Shown: positions 37,538 through 51,036 of the stretch, in pieces | How the letters are laid out: each line of letters opens with the position of its first letter | How positions within the stretch are numbered: position 1 is the stretch's first letter | Assembly: GCF_037042905.1 (NCBI RefSeq) | Contig: NC_087251.1 | Span: 6,760,001 to 6,824,000 of the forward strand | DNA from: Lytechinus pictus | Taxonomy: Eukaryota | Reading direction: 5' to 3' | Length of the DNA stretch: 64,000 nt | Position numbers and translations under genes: made by a program | Notes under the pieces: model-generated | Told to the model about the DNA's origin: nothing | Seen by the model: only the letters and a program-made list of their open reading frames with translations | The model's database searches: none

Positions 37538-40403
37538 GGTTAAATGTAAGATGAGAATTTAATAAAAAGGATTGATGAGAGATAACATTATTTTCCAAGA
37601 AAATCTATACCAAGAAGGTGAATGTGAATATTGGCAGCCTTTTTCACAATGTAAAGTTTTTGTTGTGAAAATATCTCCGCTTTAGGCAAAAGGATGAATA
37701 AAAGAGGATTTTCCACAAGCTACAATATTTCTAAAGAAATAGCCATTTTGTTCAACATAAGTCATTTGCTATTCTGCTTTCTCATAAACTTTAAGTTATT
37801 ACTTGAAGGGACAAGACCAGGTTTGTTTGATGTGATTTATCTTTGACCTGAAACCATGAATGATATCTGAAGCCTTCAGAGGAAATATTAAGTAAATCTT
37901 TTGATAAGAAACTAGACTGAAACACAATGAGGTGAATGGATCTCAATTCTAGGACTTTGACACCTTCAGAGACACCTTAGCTTCCAAAACATTGATTGTA
38001 ATCTGTATTGCCTCAATGTTACCTTAGTTTGCAACATGAATAGGTTTGAATGAATGCCATGTTCAAAGGGATCAAAGACTAAGGAAACAGGAAGATAAAT
38101 AGCCCCAGGACAATGAGGTCTTTATGCTGTAAGCTCATTGTTAATGTTACCAGATCAAAAGGTTTTGGATAAATAACCATGGTCTACGAAAGCATTATTA
38201 CAAAAGTATTATGGCACAGTAAAAAAATATAAAGAAAGAAATAGAAAAATAGTCCCATCTGGTTCTCTGTTACAATGCACATTCAGTCAAGTCTTACTCA
38301 TTTTTAATACATTCTGGTTATTTCATAATGAGAAGTTAAGTGGGTAACTGGTAAATATCGGAAGATGGTGCTTCCTGTATATTACATATTTTCTCTGAAA
38401 TATGAGTCATTAAAATTTTTAATGCCTACATTTGGTTGTGTATGATGATGATAAATTCATTTCAATTTGATTCAAGTTGAAAAAACATGTTATTTTGCAA
38501 GCTGTGTATACCCTAATACCAGTGATTGTGGTTCAGTAAAGCACTATGTTTGTAGGATTTTTATCAAGTCTTGAAGAAAGAAGGGAAAGAAAACAAACAT
38601 TAAGGACAATTCATGCTGATCAAATTCTAGTGTTTTGTCTATAATTCAAGAATTGATGCTGGATTATTAATGTTTGCTCCGCGAGGCATTGTTTACTTAT
38701 AATGTGACTCAAGTATACTCATGCCATTTGTGTGTACTTATGTGTGGGCGTACCTCTGTGCCAGTGTTATAAATGAGTAAAACCTTCCAGATATGTGTTC
38801 AGGTTTGTGATTTCAAATAAGAATCTAAAAATCTTCTGTTTTTGAGGGGGGATTGATGGACCACCTGAAACTGTTGTATGCCTCTACAAAACCGATTAGT
38901 TTTAATCTACTTGTTTTCCATAATCAGTCATTTATGACCTGGTAATCATAATCATTCTAGTACTGCTATCACTGTCCTTTAATGACTCACATTTTGTCAA
39001 TGTTTGTTTTAAATCAATTATAAATGAAAGAGATTTGGATTGATTGACATGTAGGATAACTGTAAGCTAACTTTTGGTCTATTGTGATTAATCAAAGAAG
39101 GAAAATGACTCATAATCATATACAGAGTATACAATTCACAGTTCTTATCAATTTGCTTTTATTAAGCTAATAGATATCTTTGAATATTTAACCTCAATAT
39201 TGGTCATTTTCGTGGTTCTGCTTCAACATTTGTGGTACCTGGCTGCAGTAAGGCAAGCACCTGAGATAACCTAGTATTCACTATTTTTCAGTTGGTCTCT
39301 TGCAATTCCAGTCTATTTGCCACAATTATTTTACAGAAAAGACATTTTTTATGAATTGATTTTGGAGCAATCTTATTGAAAGTAGGAAAATACAGTAAAG
39401 AAATATATATATATCATTGCGCCTAATGAGTAACCATGAAAGGACGATGAAAGGGTTCAGAAATAGAACTCTAAGATGAGGCTTTATCCATTTTAGAAAT
39501 CTAGTGTACTTGAGGGAAACCTTCATTTTTAGTCAAATTGATGTATGAAAGTTTGGTTGATGCTCAGAAAAGTAAAGATTTTGACATGAACCCTTACTTG
39601 CTCTTTGAAATAATTGATTCTATTTCCCCCTTATTCATGGTTATATGATCCATAGATATATTCAAATTGAATACCCAACATACGTCAATTTATTAACACC
39701 AAGTTTTTATTGATTGGGTTTTTTTCTCCTTATTTAGGTCATGATGCTTTTCTTTGTTTAGATGAACATATATTATCACTCCACAAGAAAAAGATCAGGA
39801 GTTATTTCTTGTTTTACGTTAAAAAAATACTAGATGTTGATGCATGCTTCATGATTTGCATACAATCCTCAATTTGTAGTCCTGTATGCAGAATTTATTC
39901 ACTTAATTTTGTGGTGAATTTTCTAAAATGCTTGATTTGGTGTTAAGATCAAAATGCAAGTGTGTATTGTATTATGATTACTTCAATAACCTAATAATGT
40001 CATCTAACCCAGCACCATACTGATATCACTAGTAGATGTAAACATGTTATGATGTATTTGCTTTGGTTGTTAAGGACAAAATACAATTGTTATATATTTC
40101 AATAAAATCTAGATTGAAAGGAGCTTAAGCTTAAATCATGGTTATATATAAAAAAATCTGGAGTTTGTTTTTGCTTTATGATGAAGTTTTTCCCTTTTTT
40201 CAATCTAGATATCATGTTTCCCTTCAAATGAGTTACGATGCCCTTATTCATCTTATCTAGGTATGGATGCCTGCCACTTGATTTGCATACAATTATCAGT
40301 ATGGACCCATAAATAGACATTCATTTCATTTTGTGGTGATTTTTTTTTAACATGCGCTTTTGTTGCTAAGAACTAAAATACAAGTATTGTATTATCATCT
40401 TAA

Positions 40404-40986
40404 AGGAGAATGAAACCCTTGAAACCAGCTGAATCCATATCAAAGAGAAAAATCAAAGAAACATATTGTTCAAAGTTTGAGGAAGATTGAATGAATAATA
40501 AGAAAGTTATGAGCATTTGAATATTGAGATCACTAGTGCCATGTAGATCCTCCTATCGGCAATGCGACCAAGATCTGTGATATAACAAACGTACAACTCC
40601 CTCATTACTTTAGTACTTATTTCACTTATATTCTCATTTTTATAGAGTCTATCACAAGGTGAGGTGTTCTCTTTATGAGATGACAAGTACAGAGGTTTCA
40701 CAACATTATATCATTGATGAATCGTTTGTCATATGATTAGAATGAGCAAAAAGAGATGTTTTGGGGTATATTTTCAGTGTCCAAATGGGAGAGTTGTACG
40801 CGTGTGACATCACAGATCTTGGTCGCATTGCCAATGGGGGGATCTCCATAGCATTAGTGATCTCGACATTCAAATGCTCATAACTCTTTTATTGCTAGTC
40901 CTATTTTACTCAAAGTTTTGTTGATCTTATTATTTGATTTTTCTGCTTTCACAAAAGCTAACTTGCTCCAAGAGTTTCATTCTCCT
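40404..40986. mobile_element. TTAA-targeting MITE, Kolobok-like (583 bp)
   Basis: TTAA TSD (40400-40403 and 40987-40990). Termini AGGAGAATGAAACCCTTG / CAAGAGTTTCATTCTCCT with ~190-bp imperfect inverted arms. Confidence 0.9.
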
Positions 40987-41454
40987 TTAATGACCTGATG
41001 ATGTCATCTAACAAGCACCATAATATATCACTCCTAGATGTAAACATGTTTTGATACTTAGCAAAGTCATGATTATGTGATGAATGGTACATATTGTTGA
41101 ATCATATATGCTAACAAAATATCAAATATACTTCAAACTTGTAAAATTAGCTAGAATATAATCATTTCAATAATTATTTTTAACAACAAAAACTATTTAT
41201 TCCATTTAGAGTAGTTTGAAATAAGACCATTTTGAGACAACCGTAAATGAAATTGATGTGGCAATCATAAAAAAACAAATTATGTATATTAACAGCAGAC
41301 ATAAACTAAAAAGATTATAATGCTAAGAATTCAATCATATTCCCTTTCCTTTTTTAAGGTTTATAGGGCATCAATTGTCTTATACCCTTGTTAGATATTG
41401 TTAAACTTTATAAAAACAGTTTTCTTTTCTATATCAAGTTGAGGTAGGAAAGGG

Positions 41455-41658
41455 CCCGGGGGTCAGTCAAATATATTGCTGTACACATGCGTGACAAAAA
41501 ACTCGTTTAAAGGCGTGTTTTTTCAGTTTTGGACGCGGGCTGTGCGTGCACTCGTTAGGGGTATCAAAAACACAGATTTTCCAAAAAAATTGTGGTTTTG
41601 AAAGACTGGTCAATGGTCAATCACGGGGTCATATGTATTTAGGGTATGAAAGGGGTTT
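41455..41658. mobile_element. Truncated CCCGGGGG-terminal DNA-transposon fragment
   Basis: Begins CCCGGGGGTCAGTCAAATATATTG, resembling the termini of the 56209-56695 element; retains CpG; second terminus absent. Confidence 0.55.
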
Positions 41659-44362
41659 CTGATCTAGAGTATCTTTGACAATTTTTGATTGATGCTCTTA
41701 AAAGAATGAGTCATACTCCAAGTTTCTATTCCATGTTTGGAGTTTTGATCCCATTGAGACCTCATCTTACTTGACATATTTCCATGTACGTCATTTCCCT
41801 TGCTTTTCAGGGAAATTTATTTGTCATTCCTCTCGATCAGATGAGATGTTTCCTCATCCCCCTCCTTCCAACATCTATTACAAACAGCAACAAAATTCTT
41901 TCCTTTGACAAAAAATATTGTTTATATGTTTGGTCTTAGTTGTTACTCTCTCAAATTCCATCAAAGTACAATCCCCTCTTCAAGCATATTTTGTACTATT
42001 TAAACCATGCTGACTTGTAAGCTACAAAGCATTATTGCTGTAATTGAAATTTCATCTTGGAGAAGTTTGAACCTTTGATTGTAGCCGACTGTACCATTGT
42101 TGGATTTCCTGTCCCTGAATTTTGAGTAATTTTCTTGTCAAAATAACAATCTGCTCATCACTGGTACAGAATTGAATTGCATCTGATCAAAAATTCATAT
42201 TGTAGAGATAGACTCAAAATGATCTCATTCCTTTGTAATGTCAGGGGATTGCCATGATTGGCCCCTATGGATTTCACTTCCATATTTTGGACTTAAAAGT
42301 ATGTCTTTCAGATTTGTCTTTTGCCAACTCATTTTTTGTTACATATTTTGTGATCATGTCTGTCTGTATAAATAAAAATCTTTGTTTCATTTCATCCCCC
42401 TCCCTCTCTCTCTTTCTCCCTCTGTCTCTCCCCACACCTCCCTTTTTGTGCCCTCTGTCTATACCCCCTCTCTCTCTCTCTTTCTGCCCCTTCATTGATC
42501 CTATTTTAACATTTCATGTTCTTTCTCCCCCCCCCCCAGTCTTCCTCTTTACCTTCTCTTCCAATTTATCTCTCCTATATCACTACATTCAGTATCACTT
42601 CATTTCTCTTGCAGTGTATTAGCCTTCATAAGCCCCCATTCATCAGTAAACTTTTAAAAGTTCATTTACCCTATTGTATTGTCACAAGCTGTCATGTTTT
42701 TTCTAAGCATCTTAGCTTTCTCTGCAGATGGCTGGCCTGTCCAATTTTGCTGAATTAAAAACCAAACTGAGACTTTCTGAAGAGAAAAAGTCTTCATCAA
42801 CATTTTATGAAATTACATTTATGAAAAATTATGAATGGGGATCAGGTTGATATGATTTTCTTCCAATTTGCACCTCTATGAGTCATCCCATATGCATGTC
42901 AGTAATCCTGTTAAGCATGCAAACCTATTCACCTTCTCATTATCAAGTAATATTAAGCCATTGAAACCTAGCACTGGTTTCCTGTAATATGAGACGGCCG
43001 CAGGGCTATTTCATATTATTTAGTCGTTTTTCCCCATTCCCTTTATTCCACCATGGATTGTGGTTGAAATTAGGTACGATACTGTTATTAGAGGGTATTA
43101 TGTTGAACCGTTGTGGTGTGCTCCACAGATTACGGACTTGCGCCAGGAGTAAATGAAGTGACGCTGGAGCATCATTGTCATCATTTAGCCCTCGTTGCAT
43201 CATAAAACCAACAATAAATGAACATAAATCATCAAGTAATTCAAGTTAATAGTTTCAATGTATGAATGATGCAAAGTATTCTATTCTTGAATACTGTTTT
43301 ATGTCACGAGAATCAGTGGATAATGGTAACATGGAAATTAAAATATGGGAATGATATTTTAGATGGCTGATTAATTGAGATAGAAAGAAACTGAAGAAAA
43401 CTTGGAAAGAAGCTTTTATTCAGTTGTAAGAGAAAGTTTTTTATCCATTGGAAGACATAGCATATAGTATGACATATGGTCTAATCTACCTCGCTCTCTT
43501 GTGCATGCATTTTAGAATATCTGTCCGGTAATTGAGTCATTTAGCCGTTAATAATAATATTCAGTCTCATTATACCTTTGAAATTGAATTTGAGGGAAGG
43601 TTTAATGATATTAAAGCAAGTGCATTTATAAAATTTTGACCTTTCTAATTCAATAACAGTGACAAATACAGTCTGGATCAGGAGGATTTATTCAAAAGTG
43701 TAAAAGGCAGTGGTATGTAAATAACAACATTTAAAATAAACAAAATAGATCTATATCAATATTAATTCATTGAACATAATTTCATAAATGAAATTAGATT
43801 AAATTATTTGTTAAGTAAGTGATATTGGCAAACTCACCTTTTGGGCATCATTTGTAAAATATTTAATTTCTTTCTCATGAAATGTCTTCTCTCAGATATT
43901 TTCATGAACTCATATTTCTTTTTCACTATATGTTTGGTCTGAATTTCTCAAGTGCATGAGAATGAGAAATAGAGACAGAGAAGAGAAAAAGGTCAATGTG
44001 AAAAAATAGATTTACAAAAATTTTTAATGTGTCTCTATTAGTGTGGAAGTCTGAATTTTAAGGTGGAGCGATATTGGCAATCTGAAGCAATTTAACAGTT
44101 TAGATGAAGCATAAAATTGTTGTTTGCTTGATGGTATCGTAGTAATCACTCCTCTAATGTGACATGGCATGGATTGGCTGTCCAGAGTGGATGATTGTGA
44201 GTGAAGATGGTGGATACATATTAACCTATTCATCCAGAAATACACATTAACGTGATTTGGTCAATGGCATGACAGTTTGAATAGGTAATGGAGATTTGCT
44301 CTTGCTACTTGCAGTTACAAAAGATGAGTGGAGCTCTCAGTGAAATTACACTGTCATTTGTT

Positions 44363-44398
<36 letters not shown>

Positions 44399-45203
44399 CA
44401 TCTCTCATATGTCTCCCCTCTCTCTTTCTCTCCCCTTCTCCTCTTTTTACTCATGTGGCATAGTGGTGGAGAGGGTCAACTAGACACTTGAAAACCAGGG
44501 GGTTCAATCCCTTGCAGGAACAATTGAACTTGTTCAGTTTCAAGGTATTTAATCTGTTTGAAAAGAATTGTTATGACTTAAAAGAGAATGATGAAAAAAC
44601 ATACATATGATGACCCCAGTTCTAAGACTTTGATGATTTTATCAGAAAATAAAATAATAAAAAGAAATTTAGATGACCTCAATACTTGACTTGATTCTTA
44701 TTTTAGAAGTTATACTAGGGATCGGCTATTCATGCATTGCTCCTGCATTCATTATTGTTATGTAGATCAACTGCCATCAACGTAATTCACTTCCCCTCTC
44801 CCTTCCAAGGCATCCTATCACCACATCTCATCAGCTCATTTCATAATGGAGGGAAAGGTGAAAGAAAGCAAGACCAAGAGTGGAAAACCTCATTTTCGTC
44901 CAGTGATCCATTAAGGCCCAAAAGCCTTGCTCTCCTGCCGAGATATGCATTGATAGTGGACGACATGGGAGCCCCCTTGGCACGTGTCTGACATGCAAAT
45001 GAAAAGTATGTCAATCAGATAGTGGTTCATGCTGAGCCAAGTCCAATGCTAAAATGACCTTGACAACAATCCCCAACCTCCCCAAAAAAATAAATTTGAA
45101 CTTTGCCTGAAGTATACATAAGAATCACTGAGATAATGGTGTTATAAACTCCCCTCTTACAGAAGTGTCATGAACTTATCTTCATATACATCAGTGCAAA
45201 CTG

Positions 45204-45390
45204 CACAGAAATGTTGTTAGCCTAACAGAGCATTAACAGTAAGCCCAGTCACATCTTTGGGATAGTTAAGTAAAAACATTTATTCAAATGTGTAAATAAT
45301 GCATTATTGTTACATTAGGCATCGCTGTCACATTACCAATTATAACAGGGTGTCTGTAAGCGTACTGTTAGTGCTAACAATGTTTCTGTG
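45204..45390. mobile_element. Degraded MITE-like inverted repeat
   Basis: CACAGAAATGTTGTTAGCCTAACAG pairs with CTGTTAGTGCTAACAATGTTTCTGTG; outer limits and TSD unclear. Confidence 0.45.
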
Positions 45391-48185
45391 AGGTCAGTAC
45401 AGGTTTTTATTTGGCAAAGTTTACTCAGAAAATGTGTCTTAGCAGGAAAAATAAGATGTTGTACATAATCTTTATGTTAAAAAATTATCTTATAGGATAA
45501 ACAAAATTTCGGGGAAAATTGTTCTTCATAATGATAGTAAAAAAGATAAAAAGAATAAATTGTGTATATATTTATTTTACAGAGATTCAAATGATATTGC
45601 TTTTACTCTCAACTTTGGCATATTAACATAAATGACATGCCTGTCCAAGTCTTGTATAGGTCTTATCAAGTGATCTGCCATCCATGTATGTATGCCCATC
45701 TCTACCATGTTCTGTGTATGTATATTTTCATCTGTGATTTTTAGTTTTCTACTCGTTGCTATTTCAGTAATTGCACTGTTCTCCTCTCTTTCTTACCTTC
45801 ATTAAAAAAGAACTTTTTAAACAACACTTTTTGTAACATTTTATAAATTTACATTAAAAAAAATAAATACTTTATCCTATTTCTCTCTCGTATTTGCATG
45901 CTCCCTTTTCCTTTCCATCTTTCCAGTAGGTCCATGATCAGATGGGCTTGTGGCAGTTGTCCATTCAAGTTTGTAGCTGTGCCTTCGTTCCATCTCACCT
46001 AGATTTCAACTTCAGCTGTTTCAACGACATTGCAGGAGGAATCAAGTTACATACGGATCTTTGTTTGCACCTATACCTCCAAGGTGTTCTGTCTACACAT
46101 TTGTCACGCGCCCCCATTTCTGCTCCCTACGACCCTTTGGCCATCTTTGGAATATTGAAAGTCTGGATTGCAGGCATCCTTCCCATTCCATGCATGAATT
46201 AGTCATCTAGAAAATCCAAGTCTTTGCTATTTTGGATATGAGAGCTGAGAGCCTGTTATACATTAGTTATGCTTATATTGGGGTAGTACAACAATAGCTA
46301 AACCGAAGTGTGACTCAATGTCACCATGAGATTCAAGCTCCGTAGAAAAGCACCCTAGTTTGTATTCACAAGTATTGGAGGTCCTCAGTATTTTGAAATT
46401 AGAAAATATATTTTTATCATCAGTTTTGACTTGGTTAAGTCTGAAAAAATTTGAGAATGATTTTTTTTCTTTAGTATCTTAATTGTGTAGATGTGATTCT
46501 GTTCATCAGTTATAGCATTCACGATGGCTCTTAATTTTGTTTTATAATTTCCTACAGTCTACTTTGCTTGAAGAAGTCTCATCATGCACACAGTCTCTCT
46601 CTACACATTGTGTGATCTACATTATAAGATTAAGATCATGTGAACATCACAGCTGCTAAAAAGAATCAAGATTTAATATCTTGATGATATCCATGTGTAT
46701 GAAATCTCCCTTGCATGCTCTCTGGTTAGACCCGGCCTGTGGACATTCATGCCTCTCCCTTCATTATCAGCATCAAATTTAGTGAACAAACTAAAAGGTT
46801 TGAATGTTTGCCTGTAACACACTCCATATCACACGTGCCTATTGTCAGTTTGTCATCTCATAATTGCATTGGATGTGAAGACCCTCTATATCATACCAAG
46901 GGTGTGAAATAGGATTTCTCAAGTGAAATATGAGACTAGCTCGCACAAGACAGATGGACGATTAGAAATTGAAGAAAAATGCTTTGAGATTTGAATGTAA
47001 ACAATTTCTTTTGTTTGTTTTTATTGAATTGAAACAGGAAGTGTGTGATACCCAGCTATAATTTCCTTTTTTTTCTTTTTGAATTATGGCAGTTATTTGA
47101 TTTGGGGAGGGAGGGATGAAATGTTATTCATGGAAATGGCAAATGTGAAAAGAATCTTATTCTTATTGAATGTTGGCAGTTATGAAAGTTCCAGAGATTG
47201 ACTGAAATCTATTCTGTGAAGTTGAAAATCTAAATAAGATATCTGCAGAAAAAGTCAGAGTATGCAGTTTTATGAAAGATTAAGTCATATAGAAGGAATG
47301 AATTTCTCTCATGTAGGTATTGGTAGATTTTAAAAAAAATTAAGGAATTTTGGTAGTAGGCCCTGTAGATGAAAGAAAATGGGATATATCACTAAAATGT
47401 CTTTTTCTTCTGCCAACATATTTACATTTTTTAAATTTAATGGATGTGTAGACAAATGCATTTGCTCTCATGGTTTCAAGTTACAAATTATTTTAACATT
47501 CTTAAACAGTAAGTGTTCTTCTTTGTTATTGTGTCATTGTATGATTGATGGTGTTATTTGTTCTTAGAAAGAGAGCAAAGCTTTATATAGCATGAGTTAT
47601 AGGATGAAAGAAAGAGGGATGCCATGTCATACATCACTTCAGTAAAATGTTTTTCACTTCATATATCACAAGGGAATCCTTCAGTAGAACTCATCAATCA
47701 TGCATAAAATGTTGTCTTCTTGTTTTATTTCAAGGCAAGAATAGACTAATCATCAGATTATTATTGATAGAATATAATATCTCAATTATGATATTCACCA
47801 AATATAATTTCTTTTGGACTATTTCTAGTTTTCCGTAAATAATTTTTATACCACTTTTAATGACTTGTATTATTATTTTTTTAGTATTATTTTCAAGCAT
47901 ATCACAGTCTACCTGTTCTTCCTGCTCTTTGATATTTCTGTACCAATTGTACTTTTTGCTAGGGTGGCATATTCCTCACCTAGTCTACAGGCACAAACCC
48001 TAATTGGGTCTTTGTTTAACAAGTGGGTCTTGACAGGAGTCTAGCACAGTTAAGTTCCAGTTTGCTAGGCATGCCAAGGTTTGAATAAGCTACAGTACAT
48101 AATCTGATTCAGCCTTTGGAGTTTGAAAAGTAAAATGACTTTGACTCATTGCAACAAACCTGCATCTTCAAAATAATCCTTGATA

Positions 48186-48318
48186 GGGCACTATAGCACA
48201 AAGCTAAGCAATTAATTGTAGGGTTGATCTTTATACTTGATTACATTTATCACTATGTGCAATCAACCGTTGAAATCAAATGTACAATGAATCACTAAAG
48301 CTTTGTGATACGGGCCCC
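48186..48318. mobile_element. Degraded small MITE (Harbinger-like)
   Basis: GGGCACTATAGCACAAAGCT / AGCTTTGTGATACGGGCCC imperfect TIRs; TSD decayed. Confidence 0.6.
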
Positions 48319-48606
48319 CGATGATCAGGGAGCTCTTTCACAAAAAGTCTTCAATTTTTAGTTGCATGTGATATGCAAATCATCACAGCATTGGTCAGAT
48401 CATCCCCAGGAGATATGTGATATTATGTAGCCAATTAAGTTACCTATGAATCTACCATATAACAAGGACTAACCCAATTGTTGTCAATCACACTCACCTC
48501 ATGGAGTCATAGTGAATGATATGATGCTATCTCCCTCTGATGGGAACATGTTTTATTGTTTTGCTTCCTATATAGGGCTTCCTGCAGGCCTATTGTTGAA
48601 GATTGA

Positions 48607-48991
48607 TTTTTTTATTGTTTGAATTATGCAATATTTCATTTCTTACAGATTTGACAATAAGAGCCAACTTGATTGAACCATATGGCATTAAACAATATTA
48701 ATTCCACATATTCAGGGAGGAATTAATCGTTATTTAACAGGACAACAGGGAGAAAATTATAATATTTCATACAATAAAATATAAAAGAAATAGTGAGTCA
48801 ATATGTCATCAGTGTCCTTATTTGCATACTGAGAAGGGTGTGAATATAACTGTTTTGTAAAATTAAGCGAAACTTTAAGATGTCATAACTTTCTTATTTT
48901 ACATCTGATTTTGATGAAATTTTCAGTGTTATGCTTGTTTGATTTTTCTCTTTTTATTTGAATCAACTTTTTGTTGGAGTGGACTTGTCCT
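48607..48991 (-). mobile_element. Truncated, inverted copy of the 15653-16254 MITE family
   Basis: Reverse complement of ~15653-16045, ending GTGGACTTGTCCT followed by TTAA (48992-48995); the other terminus is missing. Confidence 0.88.
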
Positions 48992-49254
48992 TTAAGAATA
49001 ATTCAAAGTATTCATATCACAAGTGAGTATTTCATCTTCATCTTGAGATGCCTTCATGCTTAAATGATCTCCTGGGATACATTACTTGAAGAACAAATCA
49101 ATCCATCGAAATATCTTGGGCTTCTTTCTTTGATAGCAGTAATTAATCATTCTCAAGATGCACAGGGTACTTTGAACATTTAGAAATTTAGGGTCATCAT
49201 GCTTGATATCATTGCATTTGCACTACGTACACAGACAACAATGACAATGTTTAC

Positions 49255-49329
49255 AATCATGATGCTGATGTTGAAATGTTGTTGATGGTGACCATGCCAC
49301 TGCTACTTGTAGTGACAATGATGATTGAT

Positions 49330-49387
<58 letters not shown>

Positions 49388-49816
49388 AGTTACGATGAGG
49401 ATGATGTTTGGGTAATTCTTCATGGTCCATGATGCTGCTTTTGTTTGTGATGAAGATGATGGTGGTGATGGTGATTTATGACAATGGTAAAAATGATGAT
49501 GTTAATGACGTTGAAATTTTGATGATGGTGACCGTGCTGCTCCTGATTATTATGATAATGATGCTAGTTGGTAGTGGTGATGGTGACCATGATGTTGCTG
49601 CTACTGGTAGTTATGCTGATGATGATGATGATGATGATGATAATGAAAATGATGATAATGATGGTTATGATTTTTGGTAGTGATGATGGTGACCATGAGG
49701 CCGCTGCTGGTAGTAATGATGATGATGTTTAAAATTATGTTGATGATGACGATGATGCAGATAGTAGATAGTGATGATGATCATGATGACAGTGATGATG
49801 ATGATGATGATGAAAG

Positions 49817-49847
<31 letters not shown>

Positions 49848-49885
49848 GATGAAAGTGATGATGATGATGATGATGATGATGAAAG

Positions 49886-49916
<31 letters not shown>

Positions 49917-50025
49917 GATGATGGTGATGATGAAAGTGATGATGATGATGATGATGATGATGATGGTGATGATGATCATGATCATGATGATGATGAAAGT
50001 GATGATGATAATGCTGACAGTGATG
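49255..50025 (+). repeat. Compound (GAT)n microsatellite/minisatellite
   Basis: Pure (GAT)n at ~49331-49387, a degenerate middle, and a higher-order GAAAGT(GAT)n/GGT(GAT)n array at ~49770-50010. Confidence 0.95.
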
Positions 50026-50853
50026 TCAATCTCTCCTTTTTTCTAATGAAATTGTACAAAATTATCTAAATTGAGAAAAACTGGTAGCATTGGAGATTTT
50101 ATTCTCTATTCATAGCTGAAGAGAAAAGGCTTTGTATCAGTCTGTTGGTTCTGAACTCTTAGTATCCTGGCAATGGAATCAACATTCCAGTCTATAAAAT
50201 ACTCATAGAGAGTGGGACTCTGTCATAGCAATCATTCATGTTCCTCATTTAGAATTCAACTCTTGTTGCACTGGAATTGACAGATGAAATAAATTAACTA
50301 ATTTGCAGTCATTATTTGATTGTTAAAAACACATGTACCTCATTTGAGATCATCTGAAGAGTATGCTGATGGGGAGGGTGTTGTATATTCCTATTTAGAT
50401 GAAGGTAGGTATACCTGCTAGGTATAAAGGCATTCAAGCAGGTAAGAAATCTATTTTTTTCCCTTAAATATAGGGTGATTTTTTAGCTCAACATTCCTAG
50501 AAGAGAGTAGAAAGATCAAGATTGCCTACCTTGATATCCAAAGTAGATGTAAACATATTCAGGATGTTAAGAAAAACAATTTTGATTTTTTTAAGCCGGC
50601 TTTGGATCCGCCTTCACCCCTGCAATTTGAAGCCACTTCAAGATCATTATCCCCCTGATACACTTGGTCCAAGGGCTGCAATTGTACATCTACACCCAAG
50701 CCTGCTGCACATCACCTATTCATGTAGCAGGAGTTACCTGACTTTTCATGTCAACATTTTACACTGTTCAATTGCTCCTTGTGTGCAGTTCATTAGCTAA
50801 AACTGTTGTCAGCTATTTCTAGTTCAGTGGTCAAGCCGGCCTGAGACCACTTG

Positions 50854-51036
50854 GGGGTGATACACATACCAATTGCAGGACTGAAGCCAGTGTGACTCCA
50901 CCTCTAAACCACATCCAAAGGTGGACTTGGTCTGAGCCGGCTTCAGTTTGGCAATAATAAAAAGGGAATGAAACAAATAAAATAAGCCACCTCTGATGCC
51001 GGCTTCAGTCCACTTTTGATGTATGTGTATCAACAC
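50854..51036. mobile_element. Degraded MITE (Harbinger-like)
   Basis: GGGGTGATACACATAC...GGACTGAAGCC pairs with GGCTTCAGTCC...GTATGTGTATCAACAC; flanks TTG and TTA suggest a decayed TTA TSD. Confidence 0.6.

Noticed and set aside
43837..43947. Possible minus-strand exon (pyrimidine tract, GAG acceptor, open frame IQTKHIVKKKYEFMKISERRHF..., GTGAGT donor)
   Set aside because: Weak GAG acceptor, an AT-driven peptide with no recognisable homology, and opposite to the inferred transcription strand; cannot be fully excluded without RNA data.
49223..50069. Poly-Asp, poly-Met, poly-Ile and His-rich ORFs (acidic biomineralisation-like protein)
   Set aside because: All derive from a (GAT)n microsatellite; no convincing splice context or unique domain.
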